From: Zootoca vivipara
Lineage: Eukaryota
Assembly: GCF_963506605.1 (NCBI RefSeq)
Contig: NC_083276.1
Span: 2,790,001-2,854,000 of the forward strand
Length of the DNA: 64,000 nucleotides
Direction: 5' to 3'
Shown in pieces: positions 1 through 13,671 of this stretch. The notes under the pieces are model-generated. The model did no database searches. It worked only from the letters and a program-made list of their open reading frames with translations, and was not told the DNA's origin. Position 1 is the stretch's first letter. Each line of letters begins with the position of its first letter. The position numbers and the translations under genes were made by a program.

Positions 1-811
1 ACTAAACGACTAAACAACAACAAACAAACATCCGTCATAGAGCTTCGGTATACTGATGACAATGTCGTGTGTGCACACTCAGAGGATGTCCTTGTGGGAT
101 GTGACCCATGAAAAGCAGTCAAGTACAACATTCTTTGTCATGCTAGAGGAGACATCCTCCAGAGGGTCTGCAGAGGAAGAGGCGGTGGTAGGGAGACAGG
201 GTCTTCTGTTATGCCTCCCAAGATGCCCCAGAATTTCCTGTCCCTGTGAGGCACCTTTGCGCAGAAAGACAAGCCTGCGGTCCGCCTAGGCTGGCTTCCA
301 TCATTACTCCTTAATCTCGCTGCTCCAATCCTGGCATCCCATCTGGCTTCATGTATTCAGGCGCTGCGTCCCAACCGTTTCTGGAGTCGCAGTAGCTATA
401 GAGACAGCTTCCTGCCTCAGTTGTGTAATTGCTTAGCCAGGTGCCTTAATTATGATGAATAACCCCCCATCTCCCAGAGTCCATATCGGCAGGACTCCCT
501 TCTTTGCCCATGCTTATTAAAAATCATAATTCAATCTGCTCTGGCCGCTGTGGGTGGGGAAAGGAACCTTCCTCCCCCCCGGAGAGCATCTTTGGAACAT
601 CTGCCCGGCCCCAGAAAGAGATGTTTCCTGGGCACACACTTCATGCAGGTGACAAATTAAGGCCAGGGCTGCCCAGTGGCAGAGAAAGCCGTTCGGGTAC
701 CTGGAGCGACAAACATGACGTGCACCCGGGGGCGGGGCAGGGCATCGCTACTTAGCGCGCATGTGCGGCATCGCTATGTACATTGAATGCCTCATACGTA
801 GTGACGCCACA

Positions 812-1143
812 GGTAAAGGGACCCCTGACCATTAGGTCCAGTCGTGACCGACTCTGGGGTTGCGCGCTCATCTCGCATTATTGGCCGAGGGAACCGGCGT
901 ACAGCTTCCAGGTCGTGTGGCCAGCATGACAAAACCGCTTCTGGCAAACCAGAGGAGCACATGGAAACGCCGTTTACCTTCCTATTTATCTACTTGCATT
1001 TTGACATGCTTTCGAACTGCTAGGTTGGCAGGAGCTGGGACCAAGCAATGGGAGCTCACCCCGTCACAGGGATTCGAACCGCCGACCTTCTGATCGGCAA
1101 GCCCTAGGCTCAGTGGTTTAACCACAGCGCCACCTGGGTCCCC
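812..1143 (-). mobile_element. Sauria SINE, full length
   Basis: Minus-strand tRNA-like head GGGACCCAGGTGGCGCTGTGG...GGTTCGAATCCC, CCTTTACC tail, 13-bp TSD TAGTGACGCCACA (799-811 / 1144-1156). Confidence 0.9.
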
Positions 1144-1825
1144 TAGTGACGCCACACATGCGCGCTATGTAGCAGTTTGCCAGTGGCACCGCTCCAGTGC
1201 CGTATGCGGCTGTGGCGGCATGATGGCTGCTCATGCCGCCGTGGTGGGGTGCCACCTTCTCACCCCTGGAGACGTGGCACCGGGAGCGCACCACACCCCT
1301 CCCCCCGTTGCAACGCCACTGAGACTTCCTGCCCAAAAGCAGCTGGGCCTGGCTCCCTTTTGAACCCTAGTTCGGCCCCTGACTCTGAACGGGTCTCTGC
1401 GCCTGCTGACGCGACTACGTATCAGCATATTTCATTCTCCCCATTGCTGGATGTGTGATTGTTACATCACTTGTCTGTGTTTACATTATGGTTACCACAT
1501 AGTGGCACAGTCCCCGGATTTACAAATCTGTCCCTGGATAAAATCTGTCCCCAGAAAGTCCTCCGATTTCATTCAATGTCCCTGGATTTATATTTTAAGT
1601 GTTGTAGATTTATTAGTAGGGGATGAATGTTGCGTGATTGGTTCAACGGCACAAGACACATCATATGGGGACTTCTGGCGAGGCAAAATGGCAGGCGCCA
1701 CGGCAGCGAGTAGCTCCTGAAGCCAGCCAGAGCCAACTGTGCTACCAGGCTGGCTCCAGGCTGCTGAGACTTCCGCTGCCGCCGCCACTGCCAAAGGCGA
1801 ACCGGGTACGCCCGGTGTGTCAACT

Positions 1826-2249
1826 GGGGGAATTTCAGGAACAGACTGGAAAGAGAAGTTGCTGAATTGGAACTCATTACCAAGCTTAGAACCATGGAGC
1901 CACCTGGGATGAATAAGGACATCGGATTCTTGTCTCATTATGCATGATCAAACTTTCTTTAGTGCCTCAGCCCTTGTTTTTTTCCCCCAGGACTAATTGC
2001 AGTCATCAGCAGTCGTTAACAGCCATCTACAGGTTTACCACTCCCATCAGCCCATCACCCATTCCCACCCACCCCCACCACCCTCTGTATATACATAAGG
2101 GTCTGACTCTTCTGTTTCAAGTGTATCTGAAGAAGTGTGCATGCACACGAAAGCTCATACCAAAATAAAAACTTAGTTGGTCTTTAAGGTGCTACTGAAG
2201 GATTTTTTTTACTTTGCTTCGACTCAGACCAACACGGCTACCTACCTGT
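1826..2249 (+). mobile_element. Penelope-like element 3' fragment (GIY-YIG C-terminus + pLTR with hammerhead)
   Basis: NFRNRLEREVAELELITKLRTMEPPGMNKDIGFLSHYA*; hammerhead motif at 2123-2160. Confidence 0.85.
2123..2160 (+). ncRNA. Minimal type I hammerhead ribozyme (PLE)
   Basis: GTAT-CTGAAGA-A-GTGTGC/AT/GCACAC-GAAA-GC-TC^ATAC: CUGANGA and GAAA core, stem II hairpin, stem I GTAT/ATAC. Confidence 0.8.
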
Positions 2250-3741
2250 ATCTTGGAGAAGATGTGAGAGGACGCCATGATTGCTTTGTCCTGTATATAT
2301 TGCTTAATAAATTACTTAGATGCCACACCTCAGAGCCTCAGCTTCCAGCTGTACTCTGCTGCTTTAGTGTGCATATATCTCCAGATATGTGTCGCTGCCG
2401 CGTGCTGGGACTGAAGATTTATGAACATCCTGTGCTATGCTCCACAATGAAGACACCCAGAGGGGGTTGTCTCAGTCCGGGGGCTGTGGGTGCCCCCCAG
2501 GCGTGTTCCGACACTACGCTCTCGATGTCATGGCAGGGGGGTGGACTGGATGACCCTTGGGGGTCCCTTCCAATAGTACATTTCTAAGATTCTTCCTGAT
2601 GCTGAGTCAGAATCCCCTTCCTTGCCATTCGAATCCATTAGTTCGGGTCCTTCCCTCTGGAGCAGGAGAAAGCAAGCTCTTTCTCTAGGCAGCAAGCGAA
2701 TGCGTAGCATCCATCTTGCTTTCTCAGAACGCAAGAGAAGTGACAGGGCGGTTCTGTTGAAAAGCAAGTGATTATTTCCTCGGAAAATTCCTCCGCCGGC
2801 TGGCAGTCCTCGGCATCGCATTGTGCTCAACGCAACAGGTTCGAGCTGTGATCTAATCTGTTCCACTTTATTCAACTTTCAGTCAGGAATGACAACCTGA
2901 CCGCTAACCCATAAATTATGGATCAAGGAATCAAGGAACGCAATGCCAAGGATGGGGAAAAGGCCCGCTCTGGTTTTCGTAACGGTACAGGATCTTGCTT
3001 TCAAACTGGCATGTCACCACAATGAAGGAGAATTTGGATCCTTGCAGATGAAAGTTACATCCTCGCTGCCTTGGCCCAGGAAATCACACGCGTAATAGGG
3101 GGTATCTGTAACCAGCCCACTCCTAAAAGGAGAATATGACAACTTTCTGGTTCTTTATAATCCTGAAATATGGCTTCTCCCTTCCTCCCCCTCTAAAACA
3201 TTCACTATTAATGCCATTAGAAATATTAACAGTTAACTGGAATCTCCTGCTCTGCTCTTATACGTACAGGAAATTGCAGTGTGCATTTATGAGCATCGCA
3301 GGCCATTCATTTATTTATTTTTAAATCATATATGGGATGTCTAAAAAAATCCTGCCGTATGACAGGGGAAGGGAGAAATGGCCTCCTTCCTCGCTGGTTT
3401 TCATTTGTTAATAAAGACTATTTGATTCCAGCAGGCTTTTCTTTCTTAAGTACGGTTCTTTCTTAAGTATGGCTTTAACTGCAGGTCCTCTGCTCTTGGA
3501 GGTTTTAAAGCAGAGGCTGGCTGGCCATCTGTCATGGAAGCTTTAGCTGAATTGCAGGGGGTGGGACTAGATGACCCTGGGGTATCCCTTCCAAATCTGC
3601 AATTCTAGGATTCTTAGAAAAATACAAAGCATTTTCGACTGAGAGAACAGAGGCAGGTTTCAGCTCCTCCTTTCGAACCTGAACCATTTCCCTGAAACCT
3701 TCCTCACAGCATCTGGCTGCTTAACGAATGGCAGTGTGTAA

Positions 3742-5172
3742 AATCATAGAATCATAGAGTTGGAAGAGACCACAAGGGCCATCCAGTCCAACCCCCTGCC
3801 AAGCAGGAAACGCCATCAAAGCATCATTGACATATGCCTGTCAAGCCTCTGCTTAAAGACCTCCGAAGAAGGAGACTCCACCACACTCCTTGGTAGCAAA
3901 TTCCACTGCCGAACAGCTCTTACTGTCAGGAATGTTTAGGTGGAATCTTCTTTCTTGTAGTTTGAATCCATTGCTCCGTGTCCGCTTCTCTGGAGCAGCA
4001 GAAAACAACCTTTCACCCTCCTCTATATGACATCCTTTTATATATTTGAACATGGCTATCATATCACCCCTTAACCTTCTCTTCTCCAGGCTAAACATAC
4101 CCAGCTCCCTAAGCCGTTCCTCATAAGGCATCGTTTCCAGGCCTTTGACCATTTTGGTTGCCCTCCTCTGGACACGTTCCAGCTTGTCAGTATCCTTCTT
4201 GAACTGTGGTGCCCAGAACTGGACACAGTATTCCAGGTGAGGTCTGACCAGAGCAGAATACAGTGGTACTATTACTTCCCTAGATCTAGATGCTATACTC
4301 CTATTGATGCAGCCCAGAATTGCATTGGCTTTTTTAGCTGCTGCATCGCACTGTTGACTCATGTCAAGTTTGTGGTCTACCAAGACTCCTAGATCCTTTT
4401 CACATGTACTGCTCTCAAGCCTTTCATTTTTTTGTGCCTTTCATTTTTTTTGCCCAAGTGTAGTACTTTACATTTCTCCTTGTTAAAATTCATCTTGTTT
4501 GCTTTGGCCCAGTTGTCTAATCTGTTAAGGTCATTTTGAAGTGTGATCCTGTCCTCTGGGGTATTAGCCACCCCTCCCAATTTGGTGTCATCTGCAAACT
4601 TGCTCAGGATGCCCTCAAGCCCATCATCCAAGTCATTGATAAAGATGTTGAACAAGACTGGGCCCAAGACAGAACCCTGTGGCACCCCACTAGTCACTAC
4701 TCTCCAGGATGAGGAGGAGCCATTGATGAGCACCCTTTGGGTTCGGTCAGTAAGCCAGTTACAAATCCACTGAATGGTAGCATTGTCTAGCCCACATTTT
4801 ACCAGCTTCTTTACAAGAATATCATGGGGCACCTTGTCAAAGGCCTTGCTGAAATCAAGATAGGCTACATCCACAGCGTTCCCTTCATCTACCAGGCTTG
4901 TAATTCTCTCTAAAAATGAGATCAGATTAGTCTGACATGACTTATTTTTCAGAAACCCATGCTGACTTTTAGTGATCACAGCGTTTCTTTCTAGGTGCTC
5001 ACAGACTGTCTGCTTAATGATCTGCTCTAGAATCTTTCCTGGTATTGATGTCAGGCTGACTGGGCGGTAATTGTTTGGGTCCTCTCTTTCCCCCTTTTTG
5101 AAAATAGGGGCAACATTTGCCCTCCTCCAGTCTGCTGGGACTTCGCCTGTTCTCCAGGAATTTTCAACCATC
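3742..5172 (-). mobile_element. CR1 LINE, 5'-truncated (RT domain and 3' end)
   Basis: ORFs 4389-5174 and 3853-4383 ([20 protein letters not shown]...FADD; [12 protein letters not shown]); (ATTCTATG)n tail. Confidence 0.95.
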
Positions 5173-5726
5173 ATGATGGTGATGAGTGGATTGCCAAGTG
5201 TTCTTTTTTAAAAAAAGAAAAAGAAGCATCTGTTGATAATCTAGAAGACTGGAGACTCTGCAGGAATCTTTAACGCAAACTTTTCAGCATCTCAAGAAAT
5301 GTACTTTCTGAGTGCGATGGTGCCTGGTTACTTGTAGCCATAGTTGTATAAATTCATATAAGACAAGACTTTCAGTGGCTCCTAGCCAAGATGGCTGTGT
5401 TCTTGTGTTGCAGTTCGTGGTCCCTCCTTGATTCTTCAGAAAGTACCATCGCATCCCAGGAAGACTTTGTGCAACTTCAAGCCTTGCAGGCTCTATTAGG
5501 GGCAGCCAATGTTCACAATAAGGGTAATAGATCTTCTTGGTTTTCTGAACACTAATCAATTTATTGCAGCTGCGTTCAGATTGCAATTTTGCAACTATTA
5601 TTTAGAACACAATGATTTGGAACATAATTATTGATAATAGATCAGTACCTTATAGATGCGGGAACTGCAAGAATTGATGTGAACATCGCTTGGTACCAGC
5701 AGTCCTCAAAACCCATCACTCTAAAG

Positions 5727-7023
5727 CAGGGGTGTCAAACTCAAATTCATCAGGGGCCGCATCAGCAGTTTGGTCACCCTCAAAGGGCCGGTTGTATGTG
5801 TAGGACTATGTGTCCACTCTTTATTATCATAAATTATTGTCACTGCATTCAATTATTACTGTTTTGTAATAATGTAAGTAATAACTAGCTCTGAAAGCAG
5901 AAACATAGTCAGAATAATGGCAAGTAGATATTCAAATGTACAATTATTGTACAATTTATTGAAAAATGATTTTTGGTAACTGCACTGGGTGGTGGAGGCT
6001 CGCTAGGGTTTCATGCAGGACCTTTGCAGAGCTACTAGTACCTGGAGATGCTGGGGTCCTTCTGCATGCAGGACAGATGTTCTGCCAGTGAGCCACCACC
6101 CTTCACCAAAGGGACTAGCTGAGGTTGACTCACTGAAGCTGCTCTCCTGGTTCCAGGGTGTAAGGGCCAGAAGTATAAAGCANNNNNNNNNNNNNNNNNN
6201 NNNNNNNNNNNNNNNNNNNNNNNNNNNNNNNNNNNNNNNNNNNNNNNNNNNNNNNNNNNNNNNNNNNNNNNNNNNNNNNNNNNNNNNNNNNNNNNNNNNN
6301 NNNNNNNNNNNNNNNNNNNNNNNNNNNNNNNNNNNNNNNNNNNNNNNNNNNNNNNNNNNNNNNNNNNNNNNNNNNNNNNNNNNNNNNNNNNNNNNNNNNN
6401 NNNNNNNNNNNNNNNNNNNNNNNNNNNNNNNNNNNNNNNNNNNNNNNNNNNNNNNNNNNNNNNNNNNNNNNNNNNNNNNTAGGAAATAAGGAAGAGAATA
6501 AAGAAGGAAAGAAAAAGAAAGAGGGAGAGAAGACGGAAAGGGAGAAAGAAGGAAGGAAGTAGAGGAAAAGAAAGAATAAGAATGAGGGAGAGGAAGAAAG
6601 TTGGGAAGGACGGAAGGAAGAAAGGAAGGAAGAAAGAAAGAAAAGAGGGAGCAGGAGGGAGAGAGGAAGGAAAGAGGTGAGAGAAAGAAGAGTAGGAAAG
6701 AAGGAATAAAGAAGGAAAGAAAAAGAAAGAGGGAGAGAAGACAGAGATAAAGAAGGAAGGAAGGAGAGGGAAAGAAAGAATAAGAACGAGAGAGAGGAAG
6801 AAAGAAAGGGAAGGGGGGGGTCGCTGCCTTGATTCAGCGCCAGAAAAGAGCGTGAAGGGACCCAGGGGCAAAAAGCATTTCCCTGGCCCCAGCTGTTTGT
6901 TGGTGCGGCGCTTCAGCAGCAAGGTCCCACTGCTGGGTCCCGCTGGCTGGGGCGCTCGGCGGGCCACATGACGAGGTCTGGCGGGCCGGATTTGGCCCCC
7001 GGGCCTTGTGTTTTACACCCATG
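5727..7023. mobile_element. hAT (Charlie-type) non-autonomous element containing a purine-rich tract and a 297-N gap
   Basis: TIRs CAGGGGTGTCAAAC / GTTTTACACCCATG; 8-bp TSD CTCTAAAG. Confidence 0.85.
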
Positions 7024-7884
7024 CTCTAAAGATTTAGATCAGCCTTTGGACCAAAACAACTGGAAGGCACCAGGTGGGGAAAGCCTGGTTTTGATCTTTC
7101 CTGATTTAGTCCTCCGAAAGCTACCTCCATCAGTTCAGCCACCTGGATGCAGACAAGGAGTTGCCCACCTGTGACCTGGAGATTAAGATCAGGGGGAGAC
7201 CTAAATCTCTTCCAAATGAGATTTGAGAGAGAAAACAAGCAAATAACAATATTTCAAGTCAATAAGCCTGGAAGCCCCAAATGTGAGGTTAATCTTCCTG
7301 CAGGCAATTAAACAAACAAATCTTCTGTCAGGCGAGCCTTCCTAATCAGCTCAGACAAGCATCAGTCATACCCCACTTGACTCTGGAGCTGCGGGAGCTC
7401 AAAGCCGGCCTGTAACACCCGATCCGTGATGGAGACATATTTTGCCCATAAGAACCCACCTTGTGGAATGAGGCCAAACAGCCCATCTAGCCCAGCACCC
7501 TGTCCTCACGGTAGCCAACCAGGGGCCCCGATGGGAAGCCCGCAAGCAGAACCTTCTCCAGCTCTGATTCCCAGTCACTGGAAGTCACTGGAAGAAGATC
7601 AGAGGTGGCTGCTGTGCCCTAACAGGGCAGAAGGCAGGGAGTCCAGCAGCATGGGGCACCTCAGGCAATGAGACACACCAAAGCTAGCCCGTTCCAGTTT
7701 TCTCCTTCCTGAATCAGCAAGAGAATCATGGAGGCTAAGGAGGAGAAAGGGAGGGCCAACCCTAGACTGGCCATGGACAGGTAAGTGAGGAGCTGGGAGA
7801 GGGCAGGTTGAAGATGGCAGGGCAGTGCCCTCTTCTCCCCAATGACTTACTAAGAATACTTATACTGTACGGGAAACTCCCAAT

Positions 7885-8515
7885 TTATGCAGAGTGTTTG
7901 ACGACCGGGACATTCACAGGGAACCCTAAATGCTTGTTTACATAGCTATTGTACTACCAACCTTAGCCTACTGTATGCTTGTGAAACATGGACCACTTAT
8001 AAACGCCATCTCCAACTCATCGAAAGATTCCATCAACGGTGTCTCTGAAAAAAATTACACATCACTTGGGAAGACAGGCAAACTAATGCCAGTGTACTGG
8101 AAGAAGCAAAGATCACCAGTGTCGAAGCAATGTTCTTCAACATCAGCTTCGTTGGACTGGTCATGTTGTTCGGATGCCTGATGATCGTCTTCCAAAGCAA
8201 CTACTTTATTCCGAACTTAAAAATGGAAAGCGTAATGCTGGTGGTCAACAAAAGAGGATTAAAGACTGTCTCAAGCTAAATCTTAAAAAATGTAGTATAA
8301 ACACTGACAACTGGGAATCACTGGCTGCGAGCGCTCCAGTTGGAGAACAGCCTTTACCAAAGGTGTCATGGGCTTTGGAGACCCTCCAACTCAGGACGCA
8401 AGGGAGAAACGTGCTAAGAGGAAGGCACGCTTGGCAAATCCACACCGTGATCAACTCCCGCCCGGAAACCAATGTCCCCACTGTGGAAGGACGTGCGGAT
8501 CCAGAATTGGCCTGC
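7885..8515 (+). mobile_element. RTE-clade LINE fragment
   Basis: Frameshifted MLVYIAIVLPTL..YACETWT...MPDDRLPKQLLYSELKNGKR. Confidence 0.85.
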
Positions 8516-10333
8516 ACTGATGATAGTCATTGTTTGGATGGGGGCTTTTATTCATTTCCGCAGTCACACAATCCATCAATCAGTAGCTGAACTAGGTTCC
8601 ACACAGTCACAAATACAAATCAACCGAAGAAGCCTCAAAAATGCAAAATAAATAGCAAAAACAAAAGCGCCAAACTTAATCTGTTCTGGAAGTCCGTTTG
8701 ACTTCCAAAATGTTCAAAAACCAAGACGCAGCTTCTGATTGGCGCCGTGTAGGCGCCCCAGAAACAATAGCCAACAGCCGCATCAGACGTTCAGCTTCCG
8801 AAAAACGTTTGAAAATCAGAACACACACTTCTGGGTTTTTGGCGTTTGAGAACCAAGGTACCACTGTATTGTCTGATGGATTACAAGTGTCATTTTCATT
8901 GCGGCTTCATTGCATTTTAAGTTGATTATTTTATTATGGGAAACTGCAATGGGGATCGGCTGGCAGGGGAAAAAGAACACAGATGCAACAGAATATAGAG
9001 GAGAGGAAAGGAGGGAATCTGAAATAATATTTAGAATAAATAATGTTTGCCATCAGCACCCTATAGCTTCTCTGTCATTCATACTCCTTGGTTACCTTTT
9101 TCTATTCCACATATTTCTCAATGGCCTACAAATGTAAATGTACAAATTACACTGTTCTGATGCTGGATTCATTCTTTAATTTATAGCTTTCGCAGCTATT
9201 TTCTTGAGTCAAGTTTGTTTATATTTGTAGTTCTGCGTTGTCACAATGTAGTCAATTATTGGTAACAGCTATTGATTTTCATACAAATTCGTTACCGTTT
9301 GTGCATGTACTCATATATACAAATATTTTACGCTGATTGTTCTTCGCCCTTATCGTTCGTTAGTAAGAATGCGTAAAAACAATTTCCATGCAGTGTTCTT
9401 TCCTGTAGATTCTTCTTTTTTTAGGTAGAAGATTAGATCCCAGCATATATTTATATCTGTGTGTCACACACTCATGCCTATAAGTTAGTTTTTCTGGGAA
9501 CCTATAGCTATAAATGGGATTTTGAATAAGGGCGCAATTAATTAATGGTTGCTGTTTTGAATTTTATTGTGCGGTTATATTACTTAGTGCATGAGCTGAA
9601 TTCGGGGGGTGATGGCGTCGTCGGGTCAAGTCTCTACTGAGTCTCTGCTGTGTGAGTAGGAGCTCTAATTATCAAATTACTCTGATAAAAAGGCTCAACC
9701 TATGAAAATAACTGCCAACTTTTATCAGTAAAAGACTCTGGGAGCTGTCGGTGGTCTTTCAAATCTCCCCTCCCTTTTGAAGCTACTTTAATCATCAACT
9801 TTGAACTCTCCCCTGGCAACCCTTGCAAAGCCCTTAAAACTGTGGGATGGATAAAGTAGCCTTATTTGTTTTCGAGTCTGAGCATGGAAAGAACTGGGAA
9901 AGAAATTCCCAGTTCTTTCCAACAAGACAATGTTGCAAAGAACTGGGAATTTCACCCACACAACCTGTAACAACTCCCCCAAAGGAAAAAAACAGGCCAA
10001 AATTTCAACCTACTTTCAACCCAAGGCTGATGAAGCAAATAATCCAGGAACCCTCCATTCTCAAGAATGGTCTGCCGACCACACCTGGACTGGAAGGGAG
10101 GAAAAAACTAATGATGGAGGAGAGGGAATGGCCCTGGCAACCGAATTAAAACAAGCTGAGCTAGCCAAAGACGGCCCTGAAGCAAGTTTGGAACAAGAAC
10201 TATTCCTGGGAAACCTAGAAACCAGGTTATAACAATGTTTTAAATGTTTGTTTTCCTTCTGGGATTGTACCCCCAAGTGTGTTTTATAAGCTGGTCTCCA
10301 ACCGTAATAAATTATCTATCTAACTACTTAGTG

Positions 10334-10584
10334 CAGGGGTAGGAAAACTAAGGCCCAGATCTGGCCCAGTTGCCTTCTAAATCTGGCCAGCTGACGGTCC
10401 AGGAATCAGCGTGTTTTTACATGAGTAGAATGCGCCCTTTTATTTAAAAAGCACCTCTGGGTTATTTGTGGGGGATAGGAATTTATTCATTTTTTATTTT
10501 ATTTTTCCAAAATATAGTCTGGCCCCCCACAAGGTCTGAGGGACAGTGGACCGGCCCCCTGCTGAAAAAGTTTTCTGACCCCTG
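10334..10584. mobile_element. hAT MITE
   Basis: CAGGGGT...ACCCCTG; TSD ACTTAGTG. Confidence 0.85.
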
Positions 10585-11588
10585 ACTTAGTGGGTTGTGC
10601 AAACTGCTATTCTGAATAGTACTTCCTATAGGCCCATTGCCTTGCTTCACCCAGAGACGTAGCTACGGGAGGGGGGGGGGCTAGCCAGGTTTTTTGCCCC
10701 AGATGAAACCTCCATAGGGGCGCCATTGAGGCTCTATTTATGTCCAGAAGCCCACAAGCAGCGCAGCCCACCCGACCCTTTGTACCATCCCTAGCAACTG
10801 GCATTCAGGTGTAGACTGCGCCTGGATGTGGAGGCTCTATCTGGCCGGCGTGACTAAAATAAACTGCAGCTCAGTGGCCAGTTCGCACACACATAATTGA
10901 GCTCGCTCTTTTCCACCAGTCCCTTTTGGAAACACCCACCCACAATAAAAAAAAATCCTACCGTAATTTGATTTCAAATTTGTTTAAAGACAATTTTTAG
11001 TCCCCGACAAGTAAACATTTATATAAAGTGAGTGAAGGGTTTTCAGTTTAATCAAGGAGCAGCATCCAGTCGCTGCTGCCATAAATATTCAGTTATGGAA
11101 ATGATGCGATTTAAGTAGGTTTTCTTGCCTGCCATAAATAAACGTTGTCGGAGATGAATACACCCTTTCAAACAACCAGTGAGAGCTAAAGACTCACTGA
11201 TGTCTGGTGACAACCCAAAAGCAAAAAAAAACAAACCCAACATTTTTGCCGAGAGGCGTTACCCGGCTGCAAAGCTGCAACAAACCGGGGACTTTCCAAT
11301 TCTACTATCTTAGTTTGTTATACAGGCGCATCAAGGCAAGACGTTTTGTGGGAGGGCGGAGAGGTGGGGCCTTTTGGCAGGCCTTTTGGACAATCCAGGA
11401 TAAGCTGGATTCCGAGAACCTGCTTTCAGCACCGCAAAGCAGGGTTCACATTTCAGGCTCTGGGAAAACTCCAGGCTGGACTACTGCAATGTGCTGTACA
11501 TGGGGCTGCCCTTGGAGGCGATTCGGAAACATCCTCCGGTCCAAAATGCAGTGATCAGATCACTGGCTGGGGTTCCGTTTAGATCTTA

Positions 11589-12614
11589 TGTTGTTGTTTA
11601 GTCGTTTAATCGTGTCCGACTCTTCGTGACCCCATGGAGCAGAACACGCCAGGCACTCCTGTCTTCCACTGCCTCCCGCAGTTTGGTCAAACTCATGTTC
11701 GTAGCTTCGAGAACACTGTCCAACCATCTCGTCCTCTGTCGTCCCCTTCTCCTAGTGCAGTGATGGGCAACCTTTTGAGCTTGATGTGTCAAAATTCACC
11801 AAAAAACTGAGCATAACTCGGGTGGTGTGTCACTTCGAGAAAAAAACCATAATTTCGCGATATTTATAGTTTAAATAACAAAAATGTATAATTGTTTCCC
11901 CTTTAAAAAAAGGAAAAAGGAGAGGGGGGAAATTATTAAAGTTTTTAAAAAATAAAATTAAAAAATATTTTAAAATGGAAAAAAATAAGGTAAAACCCAG
12001 AGGTCTTTCCCAGTGGGACTCAGGCCTTCTTCCAATGGGTCTGCTGCTGGGGAGGTGGGCTCGGGTTGGGCCAGCGGCATTCCGCCAGTGGCCAGAAGTG
12101 AGGTCTCGGCATGCGGCTGCGTGTCACAAAAAATGGCTATGCGTGTCAGTGCTGACACGCGTGTCATAGGTTCGCCATCACTGTCCTAGTACCCTCCATC
12201 TTTCCCAACATCAGGGTCTTTTCCAAGGATTCTTCTCTTCTCATGAGGTGGCCAAAGTATTGGAGCCTCAGCTTCACGATCTGTCCTTCCAGTGAGCACT
12301 CAGGGCTGATTTCCTTAAGAATTGATAGGTTTGATCTTCTTGCAGTCCATGGGACTCTCAAGAGTCTCCTCCAGCACCATAATTCAAAAGCATCCATTCT
12401 TTGGCGATCAGCCTTCTTTATGGTCCAGCTCTCACTTCCATACATCACTACTGGGAAAACCATAGCTTTAACTATACAGACCTTTGTAGGCAAGGTGATG
12501 TCTCTGCTTTTTAAGATGCTGTCTAGGTTTGTCATTGCTTTTCTCCCAAGAAGCAGGCGTCTTTTAATTTCGTGACTGCTGTCACCATCTGCAGTGATCA
12601 AGGAGCCCAAGAAA
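11589..12614 (-). mobile_element. RTE-BovB LINE 3' fragment split by a hAT MITE
   Basis: ORF 12164-12610 (EIKRRLLLGRKAMTNLDSILKSRDITLPTKV...); (CAA)n tail. Confidence 0.93.
11758..12183. mobile_element. hAT MITE inserted in BovB
   Basis: TIRs CAGTGATGG / CCATCACTG; TSD TCCTAGTG / TCCTAGTA. Confidence 0.85.
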
Positions 12615-12777
12615 GTAATCTTATATTAGATCTCATATTATCCCTTTTTAACTGTTTTTACCCAAGTTATGATTGTATTGCTGGATTCTGCCTCAAACCT
12701 TATGCCGAAGGGCAGGTAAGATCAACCCTTACAAAAGAAATACTACGTGATCCACCAGGCCCTTCTTATGTTCTTAT

Positions 12778-13315
12778 TGTGGGATGTGATATATAAGCAA
12801 GCAGTCAAGTACAACATTCCTTGTTTTCCTAGAGTGGGCATGCGGGGGAATGTTTGGTCCAGCCAGTCGAAAACTTCCTGTTTCCTCCTGGCTGGGACAT
12901 ATTTCCTTTGCATGTGACTAGAGGTGGGTGTGACCTTACCTGTCCAGGTAACAAAAGGACAAGGCATGCAACCCCCCTCTCTCTCTTTGATTTCCTCCGT
13001 TGTTGGAGCAGCTTTTAGCTAGAGATGCTCTGTTGACTCTCAGCCAACAGAGGACACTGGGATTATCTCCATATGGGATAGATCCATATGTATATACTTG
13101 GTTACAAAGTATATACATATACAAAGTATATAAGTCTGCCTTCAGGGATCCAACTGTGAACTGATGATGTGAGTAAACTTCTTTTATATACTTTACACAA
13201 CACTGTAGCGTGTTTATTCTTTTAAGAGGGATATAAGGGAACTTACCAGGAATCTAATATTGAGAGGCTTAAACAAGCCAGCAACCAGCTACCTGCTGTG
13301 AGTTTAAAAGGGGAA
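12778..13315 (+). mobile_element. LTR-like repeat
   Basis: Starts TGTGGGATGTGA...AAGCAGTCAAGTACAACATTC; the same start occurs at 93-148. TATA-like and AGTAAA signals present. End uncertain. Confidence 0.4.
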
Positions 13316-13671
13316 TGTAAAACTTTGTTCTCTGGAATGTGTGCCTGGGAGGGTGAGGGGAGGAACAAGACAGGTGTCAAGATGCTCAGGTTACCACCTC
13401 AACCCCTCCCTTTTTGTGCCGTATCAATGATGTAGTTATGATGTAGTGATGATGTAGTTTTAGGGGTGTAACGTGGGGATGGGGAGCTAATAAAAGCTGG
13501 GGTCTCCTTTTGTTCGGGGCTTCCACCTTGCTTCGTCTTGTGGCGAGTGGGAGTCCTGTCGTGACAGCCTTCGATAAAGACCAAGACTACTGGCTGCTGT
13601 TTTGCTCTGATATTCCTGGTTGGTGTCTTTGCTTTTTTGTCCAGGGGAGCCGTCAGATTTCTCTGATAACA
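13316..13671 (+). mobile_element. ERV LTR (partial or solo), same family as 32938-33792
   Basis: Shares ATAAAGACCAAG(A/C)CTACTGGCTGCTGTTTTGCTCTGATATT...CAGATTT...TAACA end. Left boundary uncertain. Confidence 0.6.

Noticed and set aside
1050-1143. tRNA-like A/B boxes (also 21270, 26180, 28410)
   Set aside because: Heads of tRNA-derived SINEs with bodies and tails, not tRNA genes.
6183-6479. 297-N run as a masked third 7SL copy (similar length)
   Set aside because: Flanks lack the CRE promoter and T-run terminator and lie within a hAT low-complexity tract; content cannot be determined.
6035-6967. 310-aa and 158-aa ORFs
   Set aside because: Artefacts of the N-run and a purine-rich low-complexity tract inside a hAT element.
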